Shown here: positions 44,439 through 54,519 of the stretch, piece by piece
How positions within the stretch are numbered: the stretch's first letter is position 1
Layout: every line of letters starts with the position of its first letter
Origin: Gammaproteobacteria bacterium
Lineage (GTDB): Bacteria; Pseudomonadota; Gammaproteobacteria; Magnimaribacterales; D2472
DNA: 64,000 bases
Reading direction: 5' to 3'
Assembly: GCA_038142505.1 (NCBI GenBank)
Contig: JAYQKD010000003.1
Span: forward strand, 57,312 to 121,311
The notes under the pieces: generated by a model
What the model was told of the DNA's origin: nothing
What the model saw: the letters and a program-made list of their open reading frames with translations, nothing else
Databases searched by the model: none
Program-made: the position numbers and the translations under genes

Positions 44439-45266
44439 TTGAATTCCAAAATTAGTTTTTATATCAAGAATATTAATGAAATGTTGCCAAATGATAGCGG
44501 CATTTCAAAAGAGCTGATATTTTTTTTAAAAGATAGGCTAGGGTTAAGTGATACATCTATTTTTTTAGATGAATATAATCTTTCAAACAAAGAAGAAAAT
44601 TTAATTAAAGAATTTATTGATTTAAAAAGCCAAGGGTTTCCTCTAGATTATATTTTGCAAAACACATCTTTCTATAAAGATGATTTTTATGTTGATCGTC
44701 GTGTTTTAGTTCCAAGGCCTGAGACAGAATTGCTTGTTGATTATATTAATGGCTTAAATTTAAAAGCTGGAATGAAAATTTTAGATGCTGGAACAGGTTC
44801 TGGTTGTATAGGAATATCCATAGCTAAATATAATCCGAGTATTACAGTTTATGGCATTGATTATTCTCTTGATGCATTAGAGGTCGCACAAATTAATAAA
44901 AAAAATAAATTATTAGATAACTTTTATTTAATTAATTCAGATTGGCTGAATTGCATACAAGAAAGATCTATAAATATTCTAGTGAGCAATCCTCCATATA
45001 TTGCACCTTCAGACCCTCATTTAGAAAATCTTAAATATGAACCCATAAAAGCATTAGTTGCTGATGATAATGGACTAAAAGATTTTAAAACCATAACCAA
45101 GCAAGCAAAAAATGTCCTAAGCCCTGATGGTATTTTAGTTTTTGAACACGGCTACAATCAATCTATGAATGTAGAAAATATTTTAATTGAATCAGGTTTT
45201 AAAAATATATATTTGATGAAAGACCATCAATCTCAACCTAGAATAACAACCGCAAGATTGGCATAA
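44439..45266 (+). CDS. prmC: release factor glutamine N5-methyltransferase (TTG start)
   Basis: SAM motif LDAGTGSGCIG and catalytic NPPY (VSNPPYI). It follows prfA. Confidence 0.88.
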   Translation: MNSKISFYIKNINEMLPNDSGISKELIFFLKDRLGLSDTSIFLDEYNLSNKEENLIKEFIDLKSQGFPLDYILQNTSFYKDDFYVDRRVLVPRPETELLVDYINGLNLKAGMKILDAGTGSGCIGISIAKYNPSITVYGIDYSLDALEVAQINKKNKLLDNFYLINSDWLNCIQERSINILVSNPPYIAPSDPHLENLKYEPIKALVADDNGLKDFKTITKQAKNVLSPDGILVFEHGYNQSMNVENILIESGFKNIYLMKDHQSQPRITTARLA

Positions 45267-45289
45267 AAATTTATTGCTCTAGCTGTTTT

Positions 45290-45308
45290 TTAAGAATATT
45301 ATTCTTAA
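45290..45308. promoter_or_regulatory. perfect 9-1-9 palindrome TTAAGAATA-T-TATTCTTAA, candidate operator upstream of the dioxygenase/HD pair
   Basis: Exact inverted repeat 29 nt upstream of the 45337 start. An extra ATTCTT half-site lies at 45311-45316, 10 bp after the one at 45301-45306. Confidence 0.4.
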
Positions 45309-45336
45309 AGATTCTTTATTTCTTTGGGGGTAGAAA

Positions 45337-46425
45337 ATGTTAGATTTTACGATGAATGAAAGCTCATTAAAAATCATTAAGAATAAAGAAGACCAATATA
45401 ATCTTCCATATTTATGGATAAGAGACAACTGCTCATGTGATCAATGCAGAGTTAAAGAAACTCAAGAAAAAAGATTTATGTTAAATGCAGTTTCAGTTGA
45501 TTTAAAACCAAAAAAAGTTGTTATCGATAAAGATATAGTAAGTATTGAATGGCCTGATAATCACGAAACATCTATAAATATTTCAGAACTTGAAAATTTG
45601 AATAAATCTAGAAAGCCTGAAAAGATTTTATGGACTAATGATTTTATTCCAGAATATTACGATTGGAATGAGTTTATAGATAATAAAAATGTTGCAATTG
45701 ATGCCTTTACTAATTTTATTACTAAGGGTGCGATATGCATTAAAAATGCACCATCCACTCCAAACTCTTTAGAAAATCTTGCGCCTAGACTTGGCCCAAT
45801 CAGAGAAGTTTTATTTGAAAGAATTCACAATGTTTCTATAGACGGACATGTATATAACATAGCCCATACTTCACTTGAGGTTCCGCCTCATAATGACTTT
45901 GCAAGTTATACATGGCCACCAAGTGTTCAAGCTCTTCATATGCTAGTTAATGATTGTAAGGGTGGAGAATCAATGATTGTTGATGGTTATTCAGTCTTAA
46001 ACGATTTAAAAGAAGAGCACCCACATTTTTTTGAAATCTTATGTAATTTCCCCGTGCCTTTTAGAGAATTCGATGAAGACAATGAAACTTATGCTATTGA
46101 ACCAATCATTAGATTAAATTCAAAGAAAGAAGTAGTTGGTTTTAGATACTCAAATCAATTAATGCAAATGATAAATCCTAACTTAGAAAATGTAGATTTA
46201 TTCTACAAGGCTTATCATGAATTATGTTCAAGAGTGAATAGTGACAAATACAAATCAAAATTTAGATTAGAGTCTGGTCATATACTTTTAGTTTCTGCTC
46301 ACAGAGTCCTTCATGGTAGACAAGAATTTAAACCAAATGGAAAGCGTCACCTTCAAGACGCTTACTATGAAATGGATAACATTGAGAATAATCTAGTCTT
46401 GTATCAGGCTCAAAGGAGTAATTAG
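45337..46425 (+). CDS. Fe(II)/2-oxoglutarate dioxygenase of the gamma-butyrobetaine hydroxylase / TmpA (PhnY-like) type
   Basis: 362 aa. N-terminal CxCxxC (RDNCSCDQCR) Zn module, HxD facial-triad element (PPHNDF), and distal His/Arg (AHRVLHGRQEF). GGGGG Shine-Dalgarno at 45326-45330. Confidence 0.7.
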   Translation: MLDFTMNESSLKIIKNKEDQYNLPYLWIRDNCSCDQCRVKETQEKRFMLNAVSVDLKPKKVVIDKDIVSIEWPDNHETSINISELENLNKSRKPEKILWTNDFIPEYYDWNEFIDNKNVAIDAFTNFITKGAICIKNAPSTPNSLENLAPRLGPIREVLFERIHNVSIDGHVYNIAHTSLEVPPHNDFASYTWPPSVQALHMLVNDCKGGESMIVDGYSVLNDLKEEHPHFFEILCNFPVPFREFDEDNETYAIEPIIRLNSKKEVVGFRYSNQLMQMINPNLENVDLFYKAYHELCSRVNSDKYKSKFRLESGHILLVSAHRVLHGRQEFKPNGKRHLQDAYYEMDNIENNLVLYQAQRSN

Positions 46426-46426
46426 A

Positions 46427-46984
46427 TTGACTAAAAAAGTTGAGTTCACATCTATGGACAAAGGAACAAGGGATGATTATGACCTTATATCAATCCATGA
46501 TTCAGAAAATGAAAGAAACTTAGTTTCTAGAGTTATTGAATGGTTGAAGATGATGGATGGAGAGTCGCCCTATAAAATTAGCAGATTACAACATTGTCTC
46601 CAAACGGCTACAAGAGCAGAAGAAGACGGAGCTGATACTGAAACTATTGTTTGCGCTCTTCTTCATGATATTGGTGATGTAATTTCACCGTCTAATCATT
46701 CTCAGGTTTCTGCAGCACTCCTAAGACCTTATATAAGCGAAAAAAATTATTGGATAGTTCTTAATCATGGTTTGTTCCAAGGTTATTACTGGATGCATCA
46801 TTATGACAAGGATAGAAACTTAAGAGATCAATATAAGGACCATCCATATTATCAAGACTGTATTGATTTTTGTGCTAACTGGGATCAGAAATCTTTTGAT
46901 CCAGAGTATAAAACTAAATCCTTAGAATACTTTGTACCTATGATTGAAAAGATTTTTTCAAAAGAACCAAAGTCGTTTGTATAA
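46427..46984 (+). CDS. HD-domain protein with a di-iron oxygenase-like ligand set (TmpB/PhnZ/MIOX-like)
   Basis: 185 aa with H56, H80-D81 (LLHDIGD), H91, H114 and D153, giving an H..HD..H..H..D pattern. Starts 2 nt after the dioxygenase stop. Confidence 0.62.
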   Translation: MTKKVEFTSMDKGTRDDYDLISIHDSENERNLVSRVIEWLKMMDGESPYKISRLQHCLQTATRAEEDGADTETIVCALLHDIGDVISPSNHSQVSAALLRPYISEKNYWIVLNHGLFQGYYWMHHYDKDRNLRDQYKDHPYYQDCIDFCANWDQKSFDPEYKTKSLEYFVPMIEKIFSKEPKSFV

Positions 46985-46987
46985 AAA

Positions 46988-48454
46988 TTAAGTACCACAG
47001 AAAGTTTTATATCTCACTGAAGAATTTTTAACTGGCTTTTCATATTCATGAAATTCTTTAACTTCTTCGTAAGGATTTTTTAAAATATCATGAAGTTTTA
47101 AAAAAGGTTTCATATTATTATCAAAAACTGCTGCCTTTAAAGCTTCCTCAACTTTATGATTTCTTGGAATATATAATGGATTGACTGCATTCATTGAAGA
47201 TGCAATCTTTTCATCAGATATGCTTTCTTGCGAGACTCTTTCTTTCCATAATGTCATCCAGTTATCGAATGCTATATCATTTTTAAAAAGATTTTTAATA
47301 CTTTTAATGTCACCAACAAGTGCTTTTGAGAGATATCTAAAGCATAAAGTGAAGTCAACCTTATTAGTTTTCATAAGATTTAATAGCTGAGATATTAAAT
47401 TAATATCATCTTGATCTTCTTTTGATAAACCAATTTTAGACCTCATAGAAGAAAGCCAATAGTTTGTATATACAGGCTTAATTAATTGAAGCACCTCTGT
47501 TAATAGTTTTATTGCTTCATTCTGATCTTTATGAACTAGAGGAATTAATGTTTCGGCGAGCCTGGTTAAATTCCAAGTTAAGATTTTTGGTTGGTTTTTA
47601 TATGAGTATCTTCCATTTTTATCTATTGAACTAAAAACAGTAGAGGGATCATAGACATCCATGAATGCACAAGGACCATAATCAATAGTTTCTCCTGAAA
47701 TAGTCATATTGTCAGTGTTCATGACTCCATGAATAAATCCAATACTCATCCAATTTGCAACTAATGATGCTTGCTCATTACAAACGGCTGCAAAAAAAGC
47801 AAGATAGGGATTTTCTACCTCTGCGGTTTCAGGAAAGTGCCTATTTATTGAGTAATCAGCTAAGTCTTTAATTAAAGACTGATTTTTAGATTTGTATGCA
47901 TATTCAAAACTTCCAACTCTAATATGACTTGAGGCAACTCTTGTCATTACACCTCCAGGTAATTCTTGTTCTCTTTGAACATTTTCACCAGTTTTAATTG
48001 CAGCAAGGGCTCGTGTTGTTGGAATACCTAAGACATGCATACTTTCACTAATTAGATATTCTCTTAGCACTGGTCCCAATGCAGATTTACCATCTCCTCT
48101 TCTTGAAAATGGTGTTGGCCCAGATCCTTTTAATTGAATATCTCTTAGATCACCATTGGTATTTACAGATTCACCAAGCAATAAAGCTCTTCCATCACCA
48201 AGTGCAGGATTGAAGTGACCAAACTGGTGACCAGAATATGCTTGAGCTATGGGCTGAGAGTCTTTTAAAACTTCTCTTCCTGAAAATATCTCGGTACATT
48301 TATTTTGATTCTTTGCCAAAGAGCTTAAATTTAATTCTTCTGCAAGTGAATTATTGAATATAAGTAATTCCGGCGCTGGTGCTGGAGTTGCATAACTCTT
48401 TTCGCACATTTCACTTAAACTCTCTAAAAAGGTATTTTGTAGTTCAAGTTTCAA
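46988..48454 (-). CDS. selO: protein adenylyltransferase SelO (YdiU)
   Basis: YSGHQFGHFNPALGDGRALLLGE and HGVMNTDNMTISGETIDYGP signatures; TTG start. Confidence 0.9.
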   Translation of the reverse strand: MKLELQNTFLESLSEMCEKSYATPAPAPELLIFNNSLAEELNLSSLAKNQNKCTEIFSGREVLKDSQPIAQAYSGHQFGHFNPALGDGRALLLGESVNTNGDLRDIQLKGSGPTPFSRRGDGKSALGPVLREYLISESMHVLGIPTTRALAAIKTGENVQREQELPGGVMTRVASSHIRVGSFEYAYKSKNQSLIKDLADYSINRHFPETAEVENPYLAFFAAVCNEQASLVANWMSIGFIHGVMNTDNMTISGETIDYGPCAFMDVYDPSTVFSSIDKNGRYSYKNQPKILTWNLTRLAETLIPLVHKDQNEAIKLLTEVLQLIKPVYTNYWLSSMRSKIGLSKEDQDDINLISQLLNLMKTNKVDFTLCFRYLSKALVGDIKSIKNLFKNDIAFDNWMTLWKERVSQESISDEKIASSMNAVNPLYIPRNHKVEEALKAAVFDNNMKPFLKLHDILKNPYEEVKEFHEYEKPVKNSSVRYKTFCGT

Positions 48455-48460
48455 ATTACT

Positions 48461-49126
48461 TCACTCAATGAAAGTTACAAACTTTTCTATAGATTCTCTT
48501 GATGTTCTATAGTTATTTATTGGATGCTCTTTATTTGGATAGCCTAATGCAATCCCACACCAAACAACTTCGTTATCTGGAATGTTAAGAATATCTTTAA
48601 CAGTTTCTGGATATATTGACCAAGATTCTTGAAGGCAAGTTCCCATACCACGCTCAACAGCACTTAAACATATATTTTGAATAAACATTCCAACATGTCC
48701 CCATCCATTCTCAGCAAATGCTTTATCAATAGTGACTATCATTCCAATCGGAGCACCAAAAAACTTAAAATTCTCTCTTATTTGTGAAAGTCTCGATTCA
48801 ATATCATCTTGTTTAATAGACAAAGCTGTATACATATCCTTGGCACATTCCGATCTTCTTTTTTTATACTCTTCGTCCAATGGGTTGGGGTATATCTCGT
48901 ATTCTATTTTTTCTTGTACGCCATTGTCATAGTTAGCAAGAGCTTTTTCAACAAGCTTTTCTTTTGCATTATTAGTTACAACATAAATTTTCCATGGCTG
49001 GATATTACCCCCAGAAGGAGCGCAGCTAGAAATTTCTAGTATCTCTTTGATAGTTTCAATATCTATTGCTTCATTAGTGAAGCTTCTAACAGAATATCGT
49101 GATTTTATGAGTTCTTTAATGTTCAT
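48461..49126 (-). CDS. NAD(P)H nitroreductase family protein
   Basis: N-terminal RYSVRSF FMN-binding motif; 221 aa. It ends 6 nt upstream of the selO start on the same strand. Confidence 0.8.
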   Translation of the reverse strand: MNIKELIKSRYSVRSFTNEAIDIETIKEILEISSCAPSGGNIQPWKIYVVTNNAKEKLVEKALANYDNGVQEKIEYEIYPNPLDEEYKKRRSECAKDMYTALSIKQDDIESRLSQIRENFKFFGAPIGMIVTIDKAFAENGWGHVGMFIQNICLSAVERGMGTCLQESWSIYPETVKDILNIPDNEVVWCGIALGYPNKEHPINNYRTSRESIEKFVTFIE

Positions 49127-49205
49127 AATTACTTATCTATTTTTTATTAACAATTCATTGTTCCTTCTTATATAATTTATATCAACAATTTATTAGGGGA
49201 AAAAT

Positions 49206-50821
49206 ATGATCAGTGACATGCAAAAGTGGACTCCAAATGTTGCAAGCATAATCGAACATGCTAAAAACATTTATCCAGAACAAGAAGTAGTCAGCAGAAT
49301 GGTTTCTGGTGAAATTCACAAAACTAATTATAAAGAGGTTTGCATTAGATCAAGAAAGCTAGCTTCAGCTCTTGAGAAAGATGGTTATAAAAAAGGTGAT
49401 GTTTTAGCAACTTTGGCCCTAAACACATATAGACATCTTGAAATGTATTATGGAATTTCAGGCATGGGAGCAATCACTCATACCCTAAATTTTAGACTTC
49501 ACCCAGAACAAGCTGTTTATATTATCAATCATGCTGAAGATAAGATAATTTTTGTTGAAACACCTTTTATACCAATGATGGAGGCTTTAAAAGACCAGCT
49601 GGAATGTGTTGAAAAATATATCATTCTCTGTGATCAATCAGAAATGCCAGAAACAACCTTAAAAATGCTATTTCTTATGAGGAATATATTGAATCAGGCG
49701 ATGAGAATTATGAATGGCCAGCTATGGATGATGATGCAGCCTGTGGTTTGTGTTACACATCAGGAACAACTGGTAACCCCAAAGGAGTTTTGTATGCTCA
49801 TAAATCAAATATACTTCATGCTCAAGCAGCTTTAACAGGTTTAACCATTAGTCCTGATGAATCAATTTTAATGGTTGTACCATTATTCCATGTTCTTGCT
49901 TGGGGAACACCATACTTTGCACCAATGTTTGGTCTTAAACTTGTTATGCCTGGTATGCAAATGGAAGGAGAGCCTCTGTATGATTTAATTGAAAAAGAAG
50001 AGGTCACCCTTGCTTTTGGAGTGCCAACAGTATGGATGGGTCTTTTAAGTTATTGCAGAGACAATAACAAGATCTTAAATTCAGTTAAAAATACTGTTAT
50101 TGGTGGTTCAGCATTATCTTTAGCTATCCTAAAAGAGTTTGATGAAGTTCACGATGTTAATGTTATTCAGGGTTGGGGAATGACTGAAATGAGTCCATTA
50201 GGAACATCGAACTTCCTTACTGAAGAAATGAAAAAGATGAGTAAAGAGGACAGATATGCTGTTCAATTAAAACAGGGAAGACCAATGTATGGTATTGAAC
50301 TAAAAGTTGTTGATGATTCAGGAAATGAATTACCTAAAGATGGTGAATCTCAAGGACACTTATTGGTTAGAGGACCATGGGTATTGCAAAAGTATTTTAA
50401 AGCTGAAAAAGATGCTGTTGATAAAGATGGATGGTTCGATACAGGTGACATTTCTGTTCTTGATCAAGATGGTTATATGACCATAAAAGATAGAGCTAAA
50501 GATGTAATAAAATCAGGCGGTGAATGGATTAGTTCAATCGATCTTGAAAATGCAGCCGTGGGACACCCAGAGGTTGCTGAAGCCTGTGTCGTTGGAATTC
50601 CGCATCCAAAATGGGATGAAAGACCAATATTATTTATCGTAACTAATAGCGGAGAGCCAATTGAAAAACAATCAATTTTAGACTTTTTAGAATCAAAAGT
50701 TGCAAAGTGGTGGTTGCCTGATGAAATTATTTTTCTAAAAGAATTGCCGCATGGAGCTACTGGGAAATTACAAAAATTTGAATTGAGAGACGAATATACT
50801 AATTACTATATGGAGAAATAA
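49206..50821 (+). CDS. medium/long-chain fatty-acid--CoA ligase (AMP-dependent synthetase), one frameshift at the A-run 49661-49665
   Basis: AMP-binding YTSGTTGNPKGV and GWGMTE. Adding one A restores ..TLKNAISYEEYIESGDENYEWPAMDDDAACG.. and joins ORFs 49206-49835 and 49724-50821. Confidence 0.88.
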
Positions 50822-50822
50822 C

Positions 50823-51284
50823 ATGCTTAAAATAATTAAACCCTCAGAAATAGATTCTGTTATTGGAACTGAAACAGGTGTATCAGAATGGATTACAATT
50901 GATCAAGAGCAAATAAATAAATTTGCTGAAGCTACTCTTGATAATCAGTTTATTCATGTTGATCCAGAAGCTGCAAAACCAATATTTGGTTCAACCATTG
51001 CTCATGGTTTTTTATCATTATCTTTAGCCGCTGGAATACCTATTGCCCAAGGAATGGGTCTTGCAATCGAAGGTATGAAGATGGGCTTAAATTATGGTTT
51101 AGATAAAGTTCGCTTTCTAAGTCCAGTTCCTGTAGGTTCTGAAGTTAGAATAAGAACAGAATGCATGGATATTACTGAAAAAAATCCAGGCCAATTTCTG
51201 ATTAAGACTAAAGTTACCATGGAAATCAAAGGAGTCGAAAAACCTGCATATATTGCAGAGACTCTTGCTATGTATATTCTATAG
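50823..51284 (+). CDS. MaoC-like (R)-specific enoyl-CoA hydratase, hotdog fold
   Basis: 153 aa with IHVDPEAAKPIFGSTIAHGF motif. Starts 2 nt after the ligase stop. Confidence 0.8.
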   Translation: MLKIIKPSEIDSVIGTETGVSEWITIDQEQINKFAEATLDNQFIHVDPEAAKPIFGSTIAHGFLSLSLAAGIPIAQGMGLAIEGMKMGLNYGLDKVRFLSPVPVGSEVRIRTECMDITEKNPGQFLIKTKVTMEIKGVEKPAYIAETLAMYIL

Positions 51285-51286
51285 TT

Positions 51287-52714
51287 TTAACTTAAAAGTC
51301 TTTTAAGTATTTCGTTGACGCTTTGAGGGTTTGCTTTGCCTTGAGTTTCTTTCATTACCTGCCCAACAAAGAAGCCAAATAGTTTATCTTTACCACCTTT
51401 AAAAGCCTCAACTTGTGATGGATTATTATCAATTATTGTTTGTGCAATTTTTTCAAGAAGCGATTCATCTTGAATTTGAACAAGTCCCTTGCTTTCAATA
51501 ATTGCATCCACATTATTACCAGTTTCCCATATCTCCTCAAGAACAGATTTAGCTATTTTTCCTGAGATAGTTTTATCAGATATTCTTTCTATCAATAAAG
51601 CAAAATTATCTGCAGTTAACTTTGATTCTTGTAAATCTATATTGTCCTTGTTTAGAAGGGCACTAATATCACCGACCAGCCAATTAGCAACCAGTTTTGA
51701 ATCATTAGTTTTTGCACAAGCTCCCTCAAACATGTTTGCCATTGTCTTTGATGAGGCAATAATTTTTGCCTCAGAAGAATCTAGATTTGATTCTTCAACA
51801 TATCTTCTTTCTTTTTCATCAGGAAGCTCAGGAAGGTTGTCTTTAATCTCTTTAAGTTCATTATCTGAAATTACAACCGGAAGAAGGTCAGGGCATGGAA
51901 AGTACCTATAATCATTGGCTTCTTCTTTAGATCTCATTGATCTAGTTTCATTTTTAACACTGTCATAAAGGCGTGTTTCTTGAACAACTGAATCACCGGA
52001 TTCTAAAATTCTAATTTGTCTATCAATTTCAAAGTTAATAGCTTTTTCAATAAACTTAAATGAGTTTATATTTTTAATTTCAGCTCTAGTTCCAAGCTCA
52101 GTATCATCTGATTTTTTTACAGAAACATTTACATCACATCTCATTGACCCTTGTGCCATATTTCCATCACATATATCAAGAAAAGTAACAATTTGTCTTA
52201 TGGCTTTAAAATAAGCGACAGCTTCTTTTGCATTTGAAATCTCTGGCTCAGATACAATTTCAAGCAAAGGCGTTCCAGCTCTGTTTAAATCAACACCTGT
52301 TTCACCATCAAAGAGATCATGAATAGATTTACCAGCATCTTCTTCAAGGTGAGCCCTGGTAATATTAATAATTTTTTCTTCACCATCTACTTCTATATTA
52401 ATTGATCCTTTTCCTACGATTGGCAAAGCCATTTGAGTAATTTGATAACCCTTGGGAAGATCTGGATAAAAATAATTTTTTCTATCAAAAGTTGATGTTT
52501 GATTTATTTCAGCATTTGTTGCCAAGCCGAAACGAATTGCTTTATGAAACGCTCCTCTATTTGCAACAGGTAACACTCCTGGCAATCCTAAATCAATTAA
52601 ATCTACATGAGTATTTGGTTCTGCTCCAAAACTTGTTGATCCACCAGAAAAAAGTTTTGAATCAGTAGAAAGCTGAACGTGAATTTCTAATCCTATTACT
52701 GTTTCCCAACTCAT
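51287..52714 (-). CDS. gatB: Asp/Glu-tRNA(Asn/Gln) amidotransferase subunit B
   Basis: [14 protein letters not shown]-terminus and a YqeY-like tail. Confidence 0.96.
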   Translation of the reverse strand: MSWETVIGLEIHVQLSTDSKLFSGGSTSFGAEPNTHVDLIDLGLPGVLPVANRGAFHKAIRFGLATNAEINQTSTFDRKNYFYPDLPKGYQITQMALPIVGKGSINIEVDGEEKIINITRAHLEEDAGKSIHDLFDGETGVDLNRAGTPLLEIVSEPEISNAKEAVAYFKAIRQIVTFLDICDGNMAQGSMRCDVNVSVKKSDDTELGTRAEIKNINSFKFIEKAINFEIDRQIRILESGDSVVQETRLYDSVKNETRSMRSKEEANDYRYFPCPDLLPVVISDNELKEIKDNLPELPDEKERRYVEESNLDSSEAKIIASSKTMANMFEGACAKTNDSKLVANWLVGDISALLNKDNIDLQESKLTADNFALLIERISDKTISGKIAKSVLEEIWETGNNVDAIIESKGLVQIQDESLLEKIAQTIIDNNPSQVEAFKGGKDKLFGFFVGQVMKETQGKANPQSVNEILKRLLS

Positions 52715-54162
52715 GATTTATTGCCTGATGGTGTTTTGAGATGCCAGTCTGTTGATATTTGGAAATTATGAGCTGCTTGAAGTAGTCTACTCTCATCTAA
52801 AAAGTTTCCAATTAACTGTAATCCAATTGGTTTATTATCAATCATACCATTTGGAATAGACATAGCAGGAAGGCCAGCAAGATTTGCTGGAATTGTAAAC
52901 AAATCTTCTAAGTACATTTGAATTGGATCATCGCCTTTTGATCCAGCCTCAAATGCAGCACCTCTTGTAGTAGGAGACATAATGATGTCTACATTTTTAA
53001 AAGCAGAATCAAAATCATTTTTTATGAGTCTTCTTACTTGTTGAGCTTTTTTATAGTAAGCATCATAAAAACCAGCAGAAAGAACATAAGATCCAATTAA
53101 TATTCTTCTTTTTACCTCATCTCCAAAACCTTCTGATCTAGTTTTTATATAAAGTTCTTCAAGATCTTTTGGGTTATCACATCTTTTTCCAAATTTTACT
53201 CCATCAAATCTTGATAAGTTTGATGAGCATTCTGCCGGAGCAACAACATAATAGGTAGGGACTGATAAAGATATATTTGGAAGTGATATCTCAATAAATT
53301 CAGCACCCAAGGATTCATAATGTTTTTTTGATTCTTCAAAAACCTGAACCACATCATTATCTAGTTTTGATAAATCGAATTCTTTTACAAGACCAATTTT
53401 TAAGCCTTGAATCGAAGAATTTAAGTTTTCAGTAAAGTCAGGAATTGCCTCATCAATCGAAGTGGTATCTTTTTCATCATGAGAACACATTTCATTTAGG
53501 AGCAATGCACAATCTTCTGCTGTTCTAGCCATTGGGCCTGCTTGATCTAGACTAGATGCAAATGCAATCATTCCCCATCTAGAAATCCTTCCATAAGTTG
53601 GTTTTAATCCTGATATGCCACACAAAGAAGCTGGTTGCCTTATAGATCCTCCTGTATCAGTTCCAGAAGCAGCAGGCACTATTCCAGCTGCTACTGCAGC
53701 AGCAGAACCTCCCGAACTTCCACCAGGAACTAAATTTTCACCCCATGGGTTTTGAACATTACCATAAAAACTTGTTTCATTTGATGAACCCATAGCAAAT
53801 TCATCCATATTTGTTTTACCTACAGAGATACAGCCAGCATTTTCAAGGTTCTCAATGACAGTTGCAGAATATGGAGGTATAAAATTTGATAACATGTTAG
53901 ATCCACATGTAGTTTTAAGATCTTTTGTACAAAAAAGGTCTTTTTGGGCAATTGGTATTCCAGCTAATGAACCTGAGCTGGGAGTATTATCTAAATTATC
54001 CGCCTTTTTAAGGGACTCCTCTTCATTAAGAGTTATAAATGCATTTAATGCAGAATTATTTTTAATGTTTAAAAAAGTTTCTTGTACAAGCTCTGTATGA
54101 GAAATATCTTTATCATTGAGCATATTTTTAAGCTCTTTGATACTTTTGTATTGAATACTCAT
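52711..54162 (-). CDS. gatA: Asp/Glu-tRNA(Asn/Gln) amidotransferase subunit A
   Basis: Amidase signature [27 protein letters not shown]. Confidence 0.96.
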   Translation of the reverse strand: MSIQYKSIKELKNMLNDKDISHTELVQETFLNIKNNSALNAFITLNEEESLKKADNLDNTPSSGSLAGIPIAQKDLFCTKDLKTTCGSNMLSNFIPPYSATVIENLENAGCISVGKTNMDEFAMGSSNETSFYGNVQNPWGENLVPGGSSGGSAAAVAAGIVPAASGTDTGGSIRQPASLCGISGLKPTYGRISRWGMIAFASSLDQAGPMARTAEDCALLLNEMCSHDEKDTTSIDEAIPDFTENLNSSIQGLKIGLVKEFDLSKLDNDVVQVFEESKKHYESLGAEFIEISLPNISLSVPTYYVVAPAECSSNLSRFDGVKFGKRCDNPKDLEELYIKTRSEGFGDEVKRRILIGSYVLSAGFYDAYYKKAQQVRRLIKNDFDSAFKNVDIIMSPTTRGAAFEAGSKGDDPIQMYLEDLFTIPANLAGLPAMSIPNGMIDNKPIGLQLIGNFLDESRLLQAAHNFQISTDWHLKTPSGNKS

Positions 54163-54441
54163 TCTACAACTCTTGGAACTAAGAAATAATCTTCGTTAGA
54201 CTTTGGAGATCTTTCAAGAAAAACTTCTTTTCTGTTTTTAGCAGTTACATTGTCTGTTCTAGTTTTGGCAGTTTTTTCAAGTGGACTGGCCAATGGTTCT
54301 ATATTTTCAGTATCAACCTGATCTAATTGATCAACAAATTTAATAATATTTTCAAGATCTTTAGTGATTTTATCTTCATTTTCTCTCATTAAGAGAAAGT
54401 CTTGATAAGTAAGCTATAGTTGAAACTGTTTTCTTGTCCAT
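54159..54441 (-). CDS. gatC: Asp/Glu-tRNA(Asn/Gln) amidotransferase subunit C (one frameshift near 54385-54395)
   Basis: The N-terminal 21 codons [21 protein letters not shown] are in a frame shifted by 1 relative to ORF 54159-54389 (..[20 protein letters not shown]..). Confidence 0.8.
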
Positions 54442-54519
54442 ATATAGGATATTATTATAATTTAGATGGGGGATATTAACCCAACTAAATAATTATTTAT
54501 ATATATTTTAGGGAATCAC

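Noticed and set aside
45290-45308. The 19-bp palindrome as the rho-independent terminator of prmC
   Set aside because: The centre leaves a 1-nt loop, the stem has only one G/C pair per arm, and there is no clean T tract. It is kept as a possible operator instead.
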